From positions 1,461,842 to 1,525,841 of the forward strand of contig CAVPSE010000002.1 of assembly GCA_963708255.1 (NCBI GenBank): 64,000 nt of DNA, in the 5' to 3' direction. The notes beneath the pieces were generated by a model that worked only from the letters and a program-made list of their open reading frames with translations, was not told the origin of the DNA and did no database searches. Source of the DNA: an uncultured Thermoplasmata archaeon (GTDB lineage Archaea; Thermoplasmatota; Thermoplasmata; Lutacidiplasmatales; UBA184). Positions 28,160-38,840 of this stretch are shown here, one piece after another. Within the stretch, counting starts at the first letter, position 1; each line of letters opens with the position of its first letter. Both the position numbers and the translations under genes were made by a program.

Positions 28160-30831
28160 TCAGGACGCGGCCACCTTCTCGAGGACGTACGGTAGCAGGC
28201 CGCCCGCCCGGTAGTACTCGAGCTCGACGTCGGAGTCGATCCGGCATCGGACGGAGAACCGTCGGAGCTCCGATCCAGCCTCGTCCGAGGCGATCACCTG
28301 GACCTCCCCGCGCGGCACGAGACCGCCGGGGGCCACAAAGGTGAGCCGCTCGCGCCCCGAAAGGCCCAGCTTCTTCGCGCCCTCGCCCGGCCGGAACTGG
28401 AGCGGGAGCACGCGCATCCCGACCAGATTGCTCCGGTGGATCCGCTCGTAGCTCTCGGCGATGACCACGTGGACCCCGAGCAGCATCGGCCCCTTGGCGG
28501 CCCAGTCGCGGGAGCTGCCCTGACCGTAGTTGCTCCCGGCCAATACCACGAGAGGCACCCGCTCCCGGCGATACCGCTCCGCGGCATCGTACACGGACAG
28601 GACCTCCCCGGACGGCTGGTGGACGGTGACCCCGCCCTCCCGAGGGGCCGCGAGCTGATTCTTCAGCCGGAGGTTCGCAAAGGTTCCCCGCACCATCACC
28701 TCGTGGTTCCCGCGTCGCGCACCATAGGTGTTGAGATCCGCCGCGGGGACACCCTTCCCGAGAAGGTATTGGCCGGCGGGAGTCTCCGGCGGGATCTCGC
28801 CCGCTGGGGAGATGTGATCGGTGCTCACCTTGTCCGCCGAGAACGAGGAGCACCCGAGCGTCCTTCCAGAGAGGCCCGGCGGCATCGGCTTCCGGAGCAG
28901 GAGCGTCGAAGTACGGGGGGTTGTGGAGGTACGTCGAGCTGTCGTCCCACGGGTACTGTAGCCCCGACGGGGTGGCGAGCCCTTCCCAGTGCGCGTCGCC
29001 CTGGGTGATCGCCTTGTACTTCTTCCGGAACATCTCCGGGTCCATGGATCGTCTCGACGAGCGCCCGCACTTCGGCCCCCGTCGGCCACAGGTCCTTCAG
29101 GAAGACGGCCGCCCCGGTCCGGTCGTGCCCGAGGGGGTCGCGACCGAGGTCGACGTCCGCGCGGCCCGCCAGGGCATACGCCACCACCAGCATCGGGGAC
29201 GCCAGGTAGTTCGCCCGGACGAGGTTGTGGACCCGGGCCTCGAAGTTGCGGTTGCCGCTCAGGACCGCCGCGACGTACAGATCGTTCCCCGTCACCTGGC
29301 GCTCCACGTCGGGCGGGAGCGGACCGCTGTTGCCGATGCACGTCGTACAGCCGTAGCCCACCACATCGAACCCCAGGGTCGCGAGCGGCACAAGGAGCCC
29401 CGCCCGCCGGAGGTACTCCGTGACGACCTTCGAACCGGGGGCGAGGGACGTCTTGACCCACGGGGGGACCTGGAGACCCCGCTCCACGGCACGCTGGGCG
29501 ATGAGACCCGCGCCCACCATGACCGAGGGGTTCGACGTATTGGTGCAGCTCGTGATCGCCGCGATCACGATCGCTCCGTCGGTGATATGGGGGCGGACCT
29601 CCGGGGCTACATCGGCCCGGGCCGGGTGGTCGCGCCGATACCCGTCCAGGGCAGCGCGGAAGGCGGCGGGGGCTTGGGAGACCGGCACGCTCTCCTCGGG
29701 GTTCCGGGGACCCGCGATCGTCGGGACAAGGGTCGAGAGGTCGACCTCCACGAGCTCGTCGAACTGTAGGGTCGTGCTGGACCCGGTGTCCCAGAGCCCC
29801 TGGAGCTTCGCGTACCGCCGGACCCGCTCGATCGCGTCCGGCGACCGACCGGTGCTCGCCAGGTAGGCCAGGGTGGCCTCGTCCACGGGGAACAGGGCCG
29901 CGGTCGCCCCATATTCGGGACACATGTTCGAGATGGTGGCTCGATCGGGAACCGCGAGGTGGGCCACCCCGGGTCCGGTGAACTCGACGAACTTGTCCAC
30001 GACGCCGTGAGCTCGCAGAGCGTGGGTCACGGTCAGGACGAGATCCGTGGCGGTCGCGCCCTCGGGCATTGTCCCCGAGATCCGGACCCCGACGATCTTC
30101 GGAGGCGGCAGGTAGTATGGCTCCCCCATCATCACCGCCTCCGCTTCGATCCCGCCGACCCCGAACCCGAGGACGCCGAGGCCGTTCACCATCGTCGTGT
30201 GTGAGTCGGTCCCCACGAGCGTGTCCGGGAACACGGTCGGGCCGTCGGGCGCGTCCCGGCGGGTGACGACGTCGGCCAGGTACTCGAGGTTGACCTGGTG
30301 ACAGATCCCGTTGCCGGGGGGGACGACGCGGACGTTCCGGTAGGCCTGCTGGGCCCAGCGCAGGAGGAGGTAGCGTTCGGAGTTGCGCTCGTACTCGCGG
30401 TCGAGGTTGATCAGGAGGGATCGGGGTGACCCGAAACTGTCCACCTGGACCGAGTGGTCGATGATGAGGTCCACCGGAACGACGGGGTTCACCCGCTCGG
30501 CCGGGAGCCCGCGCTGGGTCGCGGCGGTCCGTAGCGCCGTAAGATCGACGATGACCGGGACCCCGGTGAAGTCCTGAAGGAGGACCCGTCCCGGGAAGAA
30601 CGGAAGCTCGGCGCCCTCTTCGAGGGGCTCCCCGTTCGCGAGCGCGGTCAGGAGCCGGGGAGGGGTCCTCGCCGGGTCGAAGTTCCGCGCCAGGTTCTCC
30701 ACAAGGATCCGGACGGTGAGAGGCCGTCGGGCGAACCGTGCGGCGTCGAACCCCGGGATCTTGTCGATCCGGTAGATGCGAGCGCCTCCGTCGAACGGCT
30801 CGGACAGACTCAGGGGGTCGCGGGGGTTCAT
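28160..30831 (-). pseudogene. acnA: aconitate hydratase (AcnA type; two apparent frameshifts, about 29050 and about 28836)
   Basis: ORF 28825..30831 has LLQDFTGVP, GTDSHTTM, ITSCTNTSNP and CTTCIGNSG (Fe-S ligands). ORF 28137..29045 has MDPEMFRKKYKAITQGDAHWEG. The tail of ORF 28160..30922 has DKVSTDHISPAG...GSSRDWAAKGP... Confidence 0.9.
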
Positions 30832-30972
30832 GTGCCGCTCGAGGCCGCACCGCTTCTTGGCTTGTTCGGGACGGGCGGGCCAGCGTCGCCCGGGACCAGA
30901 AATTCCCGGGGCGGAGCCGCACCGAAGCAGAGTCGCGCGGGGACGGCCGTACTGGGACCCAACCTAGGGTTT

Positions 30973-32130
30973 ATGCGCCATCGACCCGCCGGAGCACCCG
31001 TGGAGCGGTCCCTCCTCCTGCGCAGGCACCCTTCCCCCGGCCTCGTCCTCGCCGCAGTTCTGCTCCTGGCGCTGCCTACCGTCGCGCTGGCCGGCGCCCC
31101 GACCGCCCGGGCGGCGACGGCCTCGGTCCCGGGCCTGCCGCCGTTCACGAACGTGAGCTACCGGAGCTCGGTGGACCGTTTTCCCCTCTCCTACGACGAG
31201 TGGCTGCCCACAGGCTACAACGCGAGCCACCCCACCCGGCTGGTGGTCTTCCTCCACGGCATCGGGAACAGTACCACGCCGGTCCGAGGCGGGGTCAGCG
31301 ACTTCCTGGCCGTGCTGCGGAGCGGCTCGTTCCAGGCCCTGACCGAGCGCGCCCTCCTGCTCAACGCCTCGTCGAACGATTTCATATTCATCTCCCTGAA
31401 CACCCGGTCGTCCGCGGGGATGTTCGCGAACACCGCCTGCGGCGGACCTCAGCTTCAGGACGTCCTCGATGCCATCGCTCACGAGAGAGCGAGCCGCGTC
31501 ATCTCTGGGGTCTATCTCATCGGGTTCAGCATGGGGGCCATTGGGGCCCTCGAGGTGGCCGGTCACTTTCCCGGGCTCATCCGGGGGATCGCGATCGCCG
31601 CCCCCGCCACGGACCTCTATGAGGAGTACGACTACCTGATCACGACGGGGAACGGGACCGGGGGCTTCGACAGCCTCTCCGACCTGATGAGCAACGATAC
31701 CTGTGGGGTGACCCCTTCTGCGACGAACTCGACGGTGGACGCCTCGTTCTACTCGTACCTTTCCGTGGGGCGATTCGCCCCCCAGAACTTCTCGAACGTG
31801 TCAGTCTGGCTGAGCTCGGGGGGACTCGACTCGGCGATCCCGAACAACGCTCGTTTCTGGCCGTACCTCCAGGTGAACGATTCTATCGTGATCGGGAGCT
31901 GCGGCGGGGTGGCCCCGTTGGGCGAGCCGTCGGGGTGTACCGGCTCGTGGTCCTCGTTCCACCGCGTGCACCCCACGGAGCTGCTGTTCCGCGACATCTA
32001 CGAGCCATCGGCGACCCATTCGATCAGTCAACTCGACCCGGCGGACATCTTCGCGTTCTTCGGCGGAAGCAGCTCCACCGGCTTCTTCCACAGTTCGTTC
32101 CCGCCCAGGATCATCGTGCCGGGGCCGTAG
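30973..32130 (+). CDS. secreted alpha/beta-hydrolase (esterase/depolymerase-like)
   Basis: Internal ATG of ORF 30832..32130. Signal segment GLVLAAVLLLALPTVALAG, nucleophile elbow GFSMG, several sequons. Confidence 0.65.
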   Translation: MRHRPAGAPVERSLLLRRHPSPGLVLAAVLLLALPTVALAGAPTARAATASVPGLPPFTNVSYRSSVDRFPLSYDEWLPTGYNASHPTRLVVFLHGIGNSTTPVRGGVSDFLAVLRSGSFQALTERALLLNASSNDFIFISLNTRSSAGMFANTACGGPQLQDVLDAIAHERASRVISGVYLIGFSMGAIGALEVAGHFPGLIRGIAIAAPATDLYEEYDYLITTGNGTGGFDSLSDLMSNDTCGVTPSATNSTVDASFYSYLSVGRFAPQNFSNVSVWLSSGGLDSAIPNNARFWPYLQVNDSIVIGSCGGVAPLGEPSGCTGSWSSFHRVHPTELLFRDIYEPSATHSISQLDPADIFAFFGGSSSTGFFHSSFPPRIIVPGP

Positions 32131-32208
32131 GTCCGGCGTCGGCCAGATCGTGGCCTTCCGGCGAGAACCGCGGCCGCCGTGAGGAACGAGCCGCTCGGCG
32201 AGGGGGGA

Positions 32209-32365
32209 TGGGAGCAGGGGGATTTGAACCCCCATATGCGGGTCTCTCCGCGCGCTCCAGTCACTCGTCATCGGGGCTTTCGCCCCTCCGCCGAACCTAA
32301 TCTACAGGACCCCGAACGGGGCCCTGACTGGAGCCCGCTGGTCTGCCAAGTTAGCCTATGCTCCC
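32209..32365 (-). tRNA. tRNA-Trp (anticodon CCA) with an 84-nt intron (32244-32327) at the canonical 37/38 position
   Basis: Acceptor GGGAGCA/TGCTCCC. T arm GGGGG-TTCAAAT-CCCCC. Anticodon stem GCGGG/CCCGC with loop CU-CCA-G. Bulge-helix-bulge motif: CUCC pairs with intron GGAG, flanked by 3-nt bulges AG|U and AG|A. Discriminator A. One mismatch in the D stem. Confidence 0.85.
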
Positions 32366-32445
32366 TCCGAGGACGGCCCACGCGTTCCCCGAGATAGCCT
32401 TTCTCCCGCAGCCGAACGGGTCCCGGTCGGGGCTCGCTCGGAACC

Positions 32446-32457
32446 CTTAAATTAAAG
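32446..32457 (+). promoter_or_regulatory. TATA-like element (CTTAAATTAAAG) upstream of the ABC importer operon
   Basis: An AT island about 20-30 nt upstream of ATG 32477. Confidence 0.45.
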
Positions 32458-32476
32458 CACGTTTGCTCGGCATCCA

Positions 32477-33535
32477 ATGAGTTTGCCTGGTTCTCCGACC
32501 CCGGCGCCGCCGCGCCGGTCCGTGCCGATCGCCCTGTTCGCCGTGGTGGTCCTCCTCGCCGCTGGCGCCTCGGTCGCGGTGACCGCGGCGTACTTCGAGC
32601 TCCGCCCTTCCCCGACCCCGCCGGGTCCATCTCCGTGACCGACGACCTCGGCCGCACGGTCGCCGTCCCGTCGGATCCGAGCCGCGTGGTCGTTCTCGCA
32701 CCAAGCATCACGGACGCCATGGTGCTCTTGGGCCTCCGCGATCGCATCGTGGGGGTAGACTGCGGCGTCCCGTCCTCTGGGGGGATCGAAGAGGACTACA
32801 ACACCTCCCAGATCACCGACTGGAATCTCTCGACCTCGATGTGCATCGAGACCTACCCCACCGTCGATGTCCCGGACGTGCTCAACGCGAGCCCGCAACT
32901 GGTGCTGGCGTCAACGATCACCAGCGTGTCGGACGTCGAGACGATGAGCACGACCTACGGCCTTCCCGTGGTCATGCTCCAGCCCTCCTCCCTCGGGGGG
33001 ATCCAGGTGGACGTCGGGCTCCTCGGCGAGATCTTTGGAGCGGCCCCGGCCGCGAACGACGCTCGCGGGCCAGCTCCAGCAGGTGCTGGCCGGCGTCAGA
33101 GCGCCGTCTCCACGCTCGAGGCCAACTACTCCTACGTCCTCCCTACGGTCCTCCTGACCTACTACGCGAGCCCTTCGGGGTCGCCGACGCCGGGGTACTA
33201 TGCGTTCGGGCCGGGAACGTTCGGCGAGTCCCTGACCGAGTTCGTGGGCGCCTCGAGCATCTCGGCGAACTCCACGCTCCCCTACCCCGAGCTCAGCGGT
33301 CCTCAGGTCCTGTACGGGGACCCGGCGGATCGTGATCTACGGCACGGGATTCGGGCTCACCCTCAACAACACGTACCAGCTCGGGCCGGACTGGTCCAGC
33401 CTCGGCGCGGTGGCCTCGGGCCACTTCTACGGGATCGATTCGAACTACATCACCGAGCCCGATCCGACGATGGTGCTCGTGGGACTGCCGCTCCTCATCG
33501 ACATCATCCACCCGGGCCTGTACGCCCCGGCATAA
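32477..33535 (+). pseudogene. ABC importer substrate-binding protein, iron-siderophore/cobalamin (FecB/BtuF) class (about four apparent frameshifts)
   Basis: MSLPGSPTPAPPRRSVPIALFAVVVLLAAGASVAV (anchor, 53-aa ORF). Then VTDDLGRTVAVPSDPSRVVVLAPSITDAMVLLGL (ORF 32635..). The tail is VIYGTGFGLTLNNTYQLGPDWSSLGAVASGHFYGIDSNYITEPDPTMV (ORF 33332..33535). Confidence 0.7.
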
Positions 33536-33539
33536 TCCG

Positions 33540-34627
33540 GTGGCGAGCCCGGCTCCCGGAAGGCCCCCCCGCCGCCGTCGACTCGCCCTGGCCCTGCTCC
33601 TCGGCCTCGCCCTCGCCGTCCTCTCCCTGTTCATCGCGCCGGTGCCGATCCCCCTGGTCGAGATCTTCCGGATCCTGGTCCACGAACTGACACTAGGACT
33701 GGGCGTTCAACCCGGTCTGCCTTGCCGGGGTCTCCCCGACCCAGTGCCACGCGTGGACGATGATCATCTGGGACAGCTCGGTCCCGGCCGATCCTCCTTT
33801 CGCTCCTCGTCGGGGGCGGCCCTTGGGCCTCTCGGGGGCGACCCTGCAGGGCACCTTCCGCAACCCCCTGGCGGACCCGTACCTGTTCGGGCCTTTCGTC
33901 GGGCGGAGCGCTCGGGGCCGCCCTGCTGTTCGTCTTTGGCCTCGACCTCGCGGAGGCGAACGTCGCGCTTCCGGTGTTCGCCTTCCTGGGCGCCCTCGCC
34001 ACGGGGGGGTGATCCTCGCGCTGGCACGCGATGCCTCGGCGGCCGGGTCGAAACGCTGCTCCTTGTCGGCGTGGCCCTCGCCAACCTGCTCTCGGCCATC
34101 CTCTCCGTGGTGCTGCTGTTCAACCCGGGGGAGCCTGCAGGTGAGCTACTGGCTCCTCGGGGGAGTCGCGGGGCCAACTGGGAGTGGGACGGCATCGTCC
34201 TCGGGGGCCTCATGATGGCCGGCGCGCCGCTGTTCCTCCTCGGCCGCGAGCTCAACCTCCTCCAGCTCGGACCGGACGTCGCGCAGAGCCTCGGCGTCGA
34301 CGCCCGGAAGGTGCGCACCCGCCTCCTGCTCCTGGCATCGGCCGCCACCGCGGTGGCGGTGGCGTTCACGGGGATCATCGGATTCGTCGGCCTGATCGCC
34401 CCCCACGTCGTTCGGCGGGTCTGGGGGCCCGACTACCGGGCCGTCCTCCCCGGCTCCGCCCTCGTCGGGGGGGCGTTCCTCCTCGCTCGCCCACGACCTT
34501 TCTGGGGTCGCGGTTCCCTCGGTCGAGCTCCCGGTGGGGCTGTTCACGGCGTTCGCCGGCGGGCTCGTTCTTCTTCTACCTGCTCTACCGGTACCGCCAC
34601 GGTTCGTTCATGGGGGCCGGCCATTGA
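33540..34627 (+). pseudogene. FecCD/BtuC-family ABC importer permease (multiple apparent frameshifts)
   Basis: Fragments: RRLALALLLGLALAVLSLFIAPVPIPLVEIFRIL; GLSGATLQGTFRNPLADPYLFG (ORF 33760..); LLLLASAATAVAVAFTGIIGFVGLIAPHVVR; PVGLFTAFAGG...FFFYLLYRYR with the stop at 34627. Confidence 0.75.
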
Positions 34628-35932
34628 CCGACCCCTCCCCGGCCCTCTCCGTCGAGGGCGTCACGGTGCGGTTCGGGGAGCGTACGGCTCTCCACCGGGT
34701 CGACCTGGTGGCGCACCCGGGGGAGCTCCTCGCCCTGACCGGGCCGAACGGGTCCGGGAAGACGACGCTGATCCGGGCCGCTCTCGGCCTCCTCCAACCC
34801 TCGGAGGGCCAGATCCGACTGTTCGGCGAGCCGACCGAGGCTCTGTCCATCCGGGAGCGCGCCCGACGGGTCGCGTGGGTCCCTCAGGAGGAGGCCCCGC
34901 AGGACAACGTGCGGCGTCTTCGACTACGTCCTCTACGGGCGGTTCGCCCACCTGCCACCGTTCGCGGGCGAGGCGGCGTCGGACCGGGCCGGCCGCGGAC
35001 CGGGCGCTCCAGGACGTAGGCCTGTCGGACCGGGCGTACTCCGGCATCCTCGAGCTGAGCGGCGGCGAGCGGCAGCGACTGCTGCTCGCCCGGGGCCTGG
35101 CCCAGGAGGCTCCGCTGCTCCTCCTCGACGAGCCCACGGCCCACCTTGACATCGGACACCAGCTGGACCTCCTCGAGCGGGTCCAGCGGCTGGTGCGTGA
35201 CCGGCACGTCTGCGCCGTCGCCGCCCTCCACGACCTCAACCTCGCGGGGCGGTTCGCCGATCGCGTCGTCGTCCTCTCCCACGGCCGTCGCGTTGCCGAC
35301 GGTCCCCCCGAGGCGACGCTCACCCCAGGTATCCTGCGGAGCGTTTGGGGGGTGGACGCGGAACGGCGCCGGGACTCCCGGACCGGCGCGACCTACCTCG
35401 TGCCCTACCGCCCGGCGGCGGCGACGCCCCCGTATCCGCCCGGCTCCCGCGGCCCGGTGCATGTCGATCGGAGGAGGCGGGGCCGCAGCTCCGCTCCTTC
35501 GCGCCTTGGTCGACGCCGGCTGGACGGTCTCGGCCGGGGCCCTCCCGTTGCTCGACACCGACGTGGAGGCGGCCGAGGAGCTCGGGGTTCCGTACATCGC
35601 GGAGATCCCGTTCGCGCCGATCGGGGCCGAGGCGATCGCCCGGCTCACCGAGCAGCTCGGCCCACGTCCGGGCCATCGTCGTGGCCCCCTTCGCGGTCGG
35701 ACCGTCCAACCTCGCGAACCTCGAGGCGCTCCGCGGCTGGCCGGGCCGCACTCCCGTGTTCCTGGTGGAGCCCGCGCCGTTCGGGGGCCGGGACTTCACC
35801 GAGGGGGCGGCCGCGAGGACGCGCGTCGAGCTGATCTCGCAGGGCGCCCAGGTTCTCCCGGATATCGCGGAGCTGCTCGATCGGCTCGCCGCCCTTCCCG
35901 TGGCCCCTACGATGACAGCGATGTCACCGTAA
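34624..35932 (+). pseudogene. ABC importer ATP-binding protein (FepC/BtuD-like) followed by or fused to an uncharacterised about 150-aa alpha/beta domain (several apparent frameshifts)
   Basis: TTG 34624 overlaps the permease stop (TTGA). Walker A GPNGSGKTT, LSGGERQRLLLARGL, LLLLDEPTAHLD. Then SIGGGGAAAPLLRALVDAGWTVSAGALPLLDTDVEAAEELGVPYIAEIPFAPI...AIVVAPFAVGPSNLANLEAL...FLVEPAPFGGRDFTEG, with the stop at 35932. Confidence 0.65.
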
Positions 35933-36726
35933 GGGGCGGAGGAGTCGTTCCCTTCGAACGGCGCGAGGAACCTCGGAAGCTCCTCCTCGAGGACCAGCAC
36001 GACGGAGTCGACGCCCACGTGGGAGGCCTCCCGGCAGGCCGAGGCGACCCGAATCGGACCACGGGACGGGCGGTGGCGCGTTCGAGCAGATGGTACGCGT
36101 CGAGCCCGTGGGCCGCCAGAAGGCCGGGGCCTCCGCGACTGGATCGCGGCGCGGATCTTCGCCGGGGTTCGCCCGGTCGCCCACGGCGCGGATCGGGAGA
36201 GTCAGGACGCGTGACGCGTCCGCGGGAGATCGCGACGATCCCCTCGAGGCCGTCCACCTCCACGATCTCCCCGGCCCGGGCCGGGTGGCGGGCGCGCCCG
36301 CGGGAGCCGCCCCCGTGGCCGGGGCGGGCGGTAAGCAGCCCGTCCCGGAGCTCGAGGGTCACCTCGGCGTCGGCCGCGAGGGGAGCGAGCGCCAGGGCCC
36401 GGGTGCTCCGGATGATGTGGAGGCGGTCGAGACGGTCCTCCACATCGTCGCGGAGGAGGCCGAGGGAGGCGTGCAGCCACGCGACCCCGGCCTTCGTGGG
36501 CCGGTACCGGCCGTTCTGCACTTCCGCGAGGCCCCGGCCCGCCAGCTGCCGGAAGACGTGGGAGGCCGCCTGGACCGTGAGCCCGAGCTGCTCGGCGATC
36601 GGCCGCAGCTGCGTCGGCTCCTCCGTGGTGCACTCGTAGAGGAACAGTAGCTCGGTGATCGCCCCGCGTTTACGAAGGCCCGCGAGGCCGGCCGTCGAGG
36701 CGGCGCCTGGACCGGTCGGCGGGCAT
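35907..36726 (-). pseudogene. winged-helix transcriptional regulator with a C-terminal uncharacterised domain (COG1497-like; heavily frame-disrupted, boundaries uncertain)
   Basis: wHTH: [62 protein letters not shown]. Downstream pieces lie in three frames (EIVEVDGLEGIVAISRGRVT; LLAAHGLDAYHLLERATARPVVRFG; GVDSVVLVLEEELPRFLAPFEG). Confidence 0.45.
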
Positions 36727-36767
36727 CGCCGGCGCGACGAGGGCCCGGGGATAAAGCCGCCGCCGGG

Positions 36768-38832
36768 TCACCGGGCACGCGGCCCGGCGGGGGCCCGGGG
36801 GCGCGCGGTCGCGCCGGTGCGCTCCTCGAGCTCCCGGATCCGGTCGCGGATGCGCGCGGCCTCCTCGAAGTCGAGCCGTTCCGCGGCGAGGCGCATCTCC
36901 TCCTCGAGGTTCGCCAGCAGGAGCGGAAGCCGGTCCTTCCAGCGCTTCCCGAGCCCCTCGATCGAGAGATCCCCCGACGGGGCCTCCTCGTCGGCCTCGA
37001 GGATCGAGCGGACCTCCTTGCGGATCGATCTCGGGAACGATCCCGTGGACCTCGTTGTAGTCGACCTGGGCATCGCGGCGCCGGTTCATCTCGGCGATGG
37101 CGCGGGTCATCGAGCCGGTGGTCCGGTCCGCGTACAGGACCACCCGGCCCATCGACGTTCCGGGACGCGCGTCCCGCCGTCTGGATCAGGGAGGTCTCGC
37201 TCCGAAGGTACCCTTCCTTGTCGGCGTCGAGGATCGCGACGAAGCTCACCTCGGGAAGATCGAGGCCCTCGCGGAGGAGGTTGATCCCGACCAGCACGTC
37301 GAACCGGCCGAGGCGCAGGTCCCGGAGGATCTCGACGCGCTTGAGCGTCTCGACGTCGGAGTGCAGGTAGCGGACCTTCAGGCCGAGGTTGGCGAGGTAG
37401 GTCGGTGAGCTCCTCGCTCGTCGCTTTCGTCAGGGTCGTGACGAGCGCCCGCTCGCCCCGGGCCACGCAGGTGCGCAGCTCCTCGACGAGGTCGGCGACG
37501 TGGCCCTTCAGGGGCCGGACCTCGATCTCGGGGTCGACGAGCCCGGTGGGCCGGATGATCTGCTCGACGACGCCGTTCGAGATCTTCCGCTCGAACGGCC
37601 CCGGTGTCGCCGAGACGAAGACGAGCTCGGGGACCCGCGCGAGGAACTCCGGGAACTTCAGGGGGCGGTTGTCCCGGCAGGAGGGGAGCCGCCAGCCGAA
37701 CTCGACCAGGTTGTCCTTGCGGCTCCGGTCGCCCTTGTACATTCCCTGGAGCTGGGGGACGGTCACGTGGGACTCGTCGAGGAACGCCGAGGAAGTCCTT
37801 CGGGAAGAAATCGAGCAGCGTGTACGGCGGCTCGCCGGGACCGCGACCGGCGAAGTACCGGGAGTAGTTCTCGACGCCGGAGCAGTAGCCGGTCTCCCGG
37901 ATCATCTCGAGATCGTACTCGGTCCGGCCCTTGAGCCGCTGGGCCTCCACGATCTTCTCGGCCTGCTGGAACTGGGCGACGCCGCTCTCCTTCTCCGCGT
38001 CGATCTCCTGGAGGATCCGCTCGAGCCGCTCGTCGACGGTGAGGAAGTGCGTGGCGGGGAAGACGAGCAGGTCCGTCGACCTCACGGACCTCGTCGTGGG
38101 TCGTCTTGTCGAGCTCCACGATGCTCCCGACGGTGTTCCCCTCGAGCGCGATCCGGTGGAGGGTCTCGCCCGAGCCGGCCAGGTCGAGGGTCCCGCCGCG
38201 GACCGCGGAACCGTCCGCGCTTGAGCTCCATGTCGTTTCGCTGGTACTTCATCCGGACGAGCTGGTCGATGAGCTCCTTGCGGCTCGATCGCCTCGCCCT
38301 GGTGGAGCTGGCGAGAACGTTGGCCCGGTAGTCCTCCGGGGAGCCGAGGCCGTAGATGCAGCTCACCGAGGCGACGATCGATCACGTCTCTGCGCGTGAG
38401 GAGCGCCTGGGTCGCCCGGTGGCGGAGCTTGTCGATCTCCTCGTTGATGGACGCGTCCTTCTCGACGTACAGGTCGATCTGGGGGACGTACGCCTCGGGC
38501 TGGTAGTAGTCGTAGTAGCTGACGAAGTACTCGACGGCGTTCTTCGGGAACAGGGCGCGGAACTCGCTCACCAGCTGGGCGGCGAGGGTCTTGTTGGGGG
38601 AGATCACCAGCGTCGGCCGCTGGAGCCGCTGCGATCGCGTGGGCCATGGTGAACGTCTTGCCCGAGCCGGTGACGCCCGAGGAGCGTCACGAACCGCTCG
38701 TCCTTCTGGACCCGTTCGACGAGCTCCTCGATCGCCCTCGGCTGGTCCCCCTGGGGGACCAGCTCCGTGTCGAGCTCGAACCGCCCTTGCTGGGCCGGTT
38801 CGCGGCGGGGGATCGGTCTTCGCGCGCGGCAT
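36768..38832 (-). pseudogene. uvrB: excinuclease ABC subunit B (UvrB), about ten frame changes by my reconstruction
   Basis: Ordered fragments across all three frames: RFELDTELVPQGDQPRAIEELV; [14 protein letters not shown]; [20 protein letters not shown]...[12 protein letters not shown]; SCIYGLGSPEDY; [28 protein letters not shown]; [33 protein letters not shown]; and the UVR domain [25 protein letters not shown]. Confidence 0.85.
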
Positions 38833-38840
38833 CGAGACCT

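Noticed and set aside
32244-32327. Calling the tRNA-Trp intron a bona fide box C/D sRNA
   Set aside because: Only a C-box-like CGAUGA is present. No CUGA D or D' box lies at the required distance from the anticodon-complementary segment, so I report it only as a hypothesis.
32366-32476. Cobalamin riboswitch upstream of the iron/B12-type importer
   Set aside because: No B12-box-like conserved core is visible in the 110-nt spacer. The spacer is mostly occupied by a TATA-like promoter close to the start codon. Such riboswitches are not established in archaea.
33425-33445. GTTCGAATC T-loop-like motif (minus strand) suggesting another tRNA
   Set aside because: No flanking T-stem, acceptor or anticodon arm pairing is present, and it lies inside the substrate-binding protein coding region.
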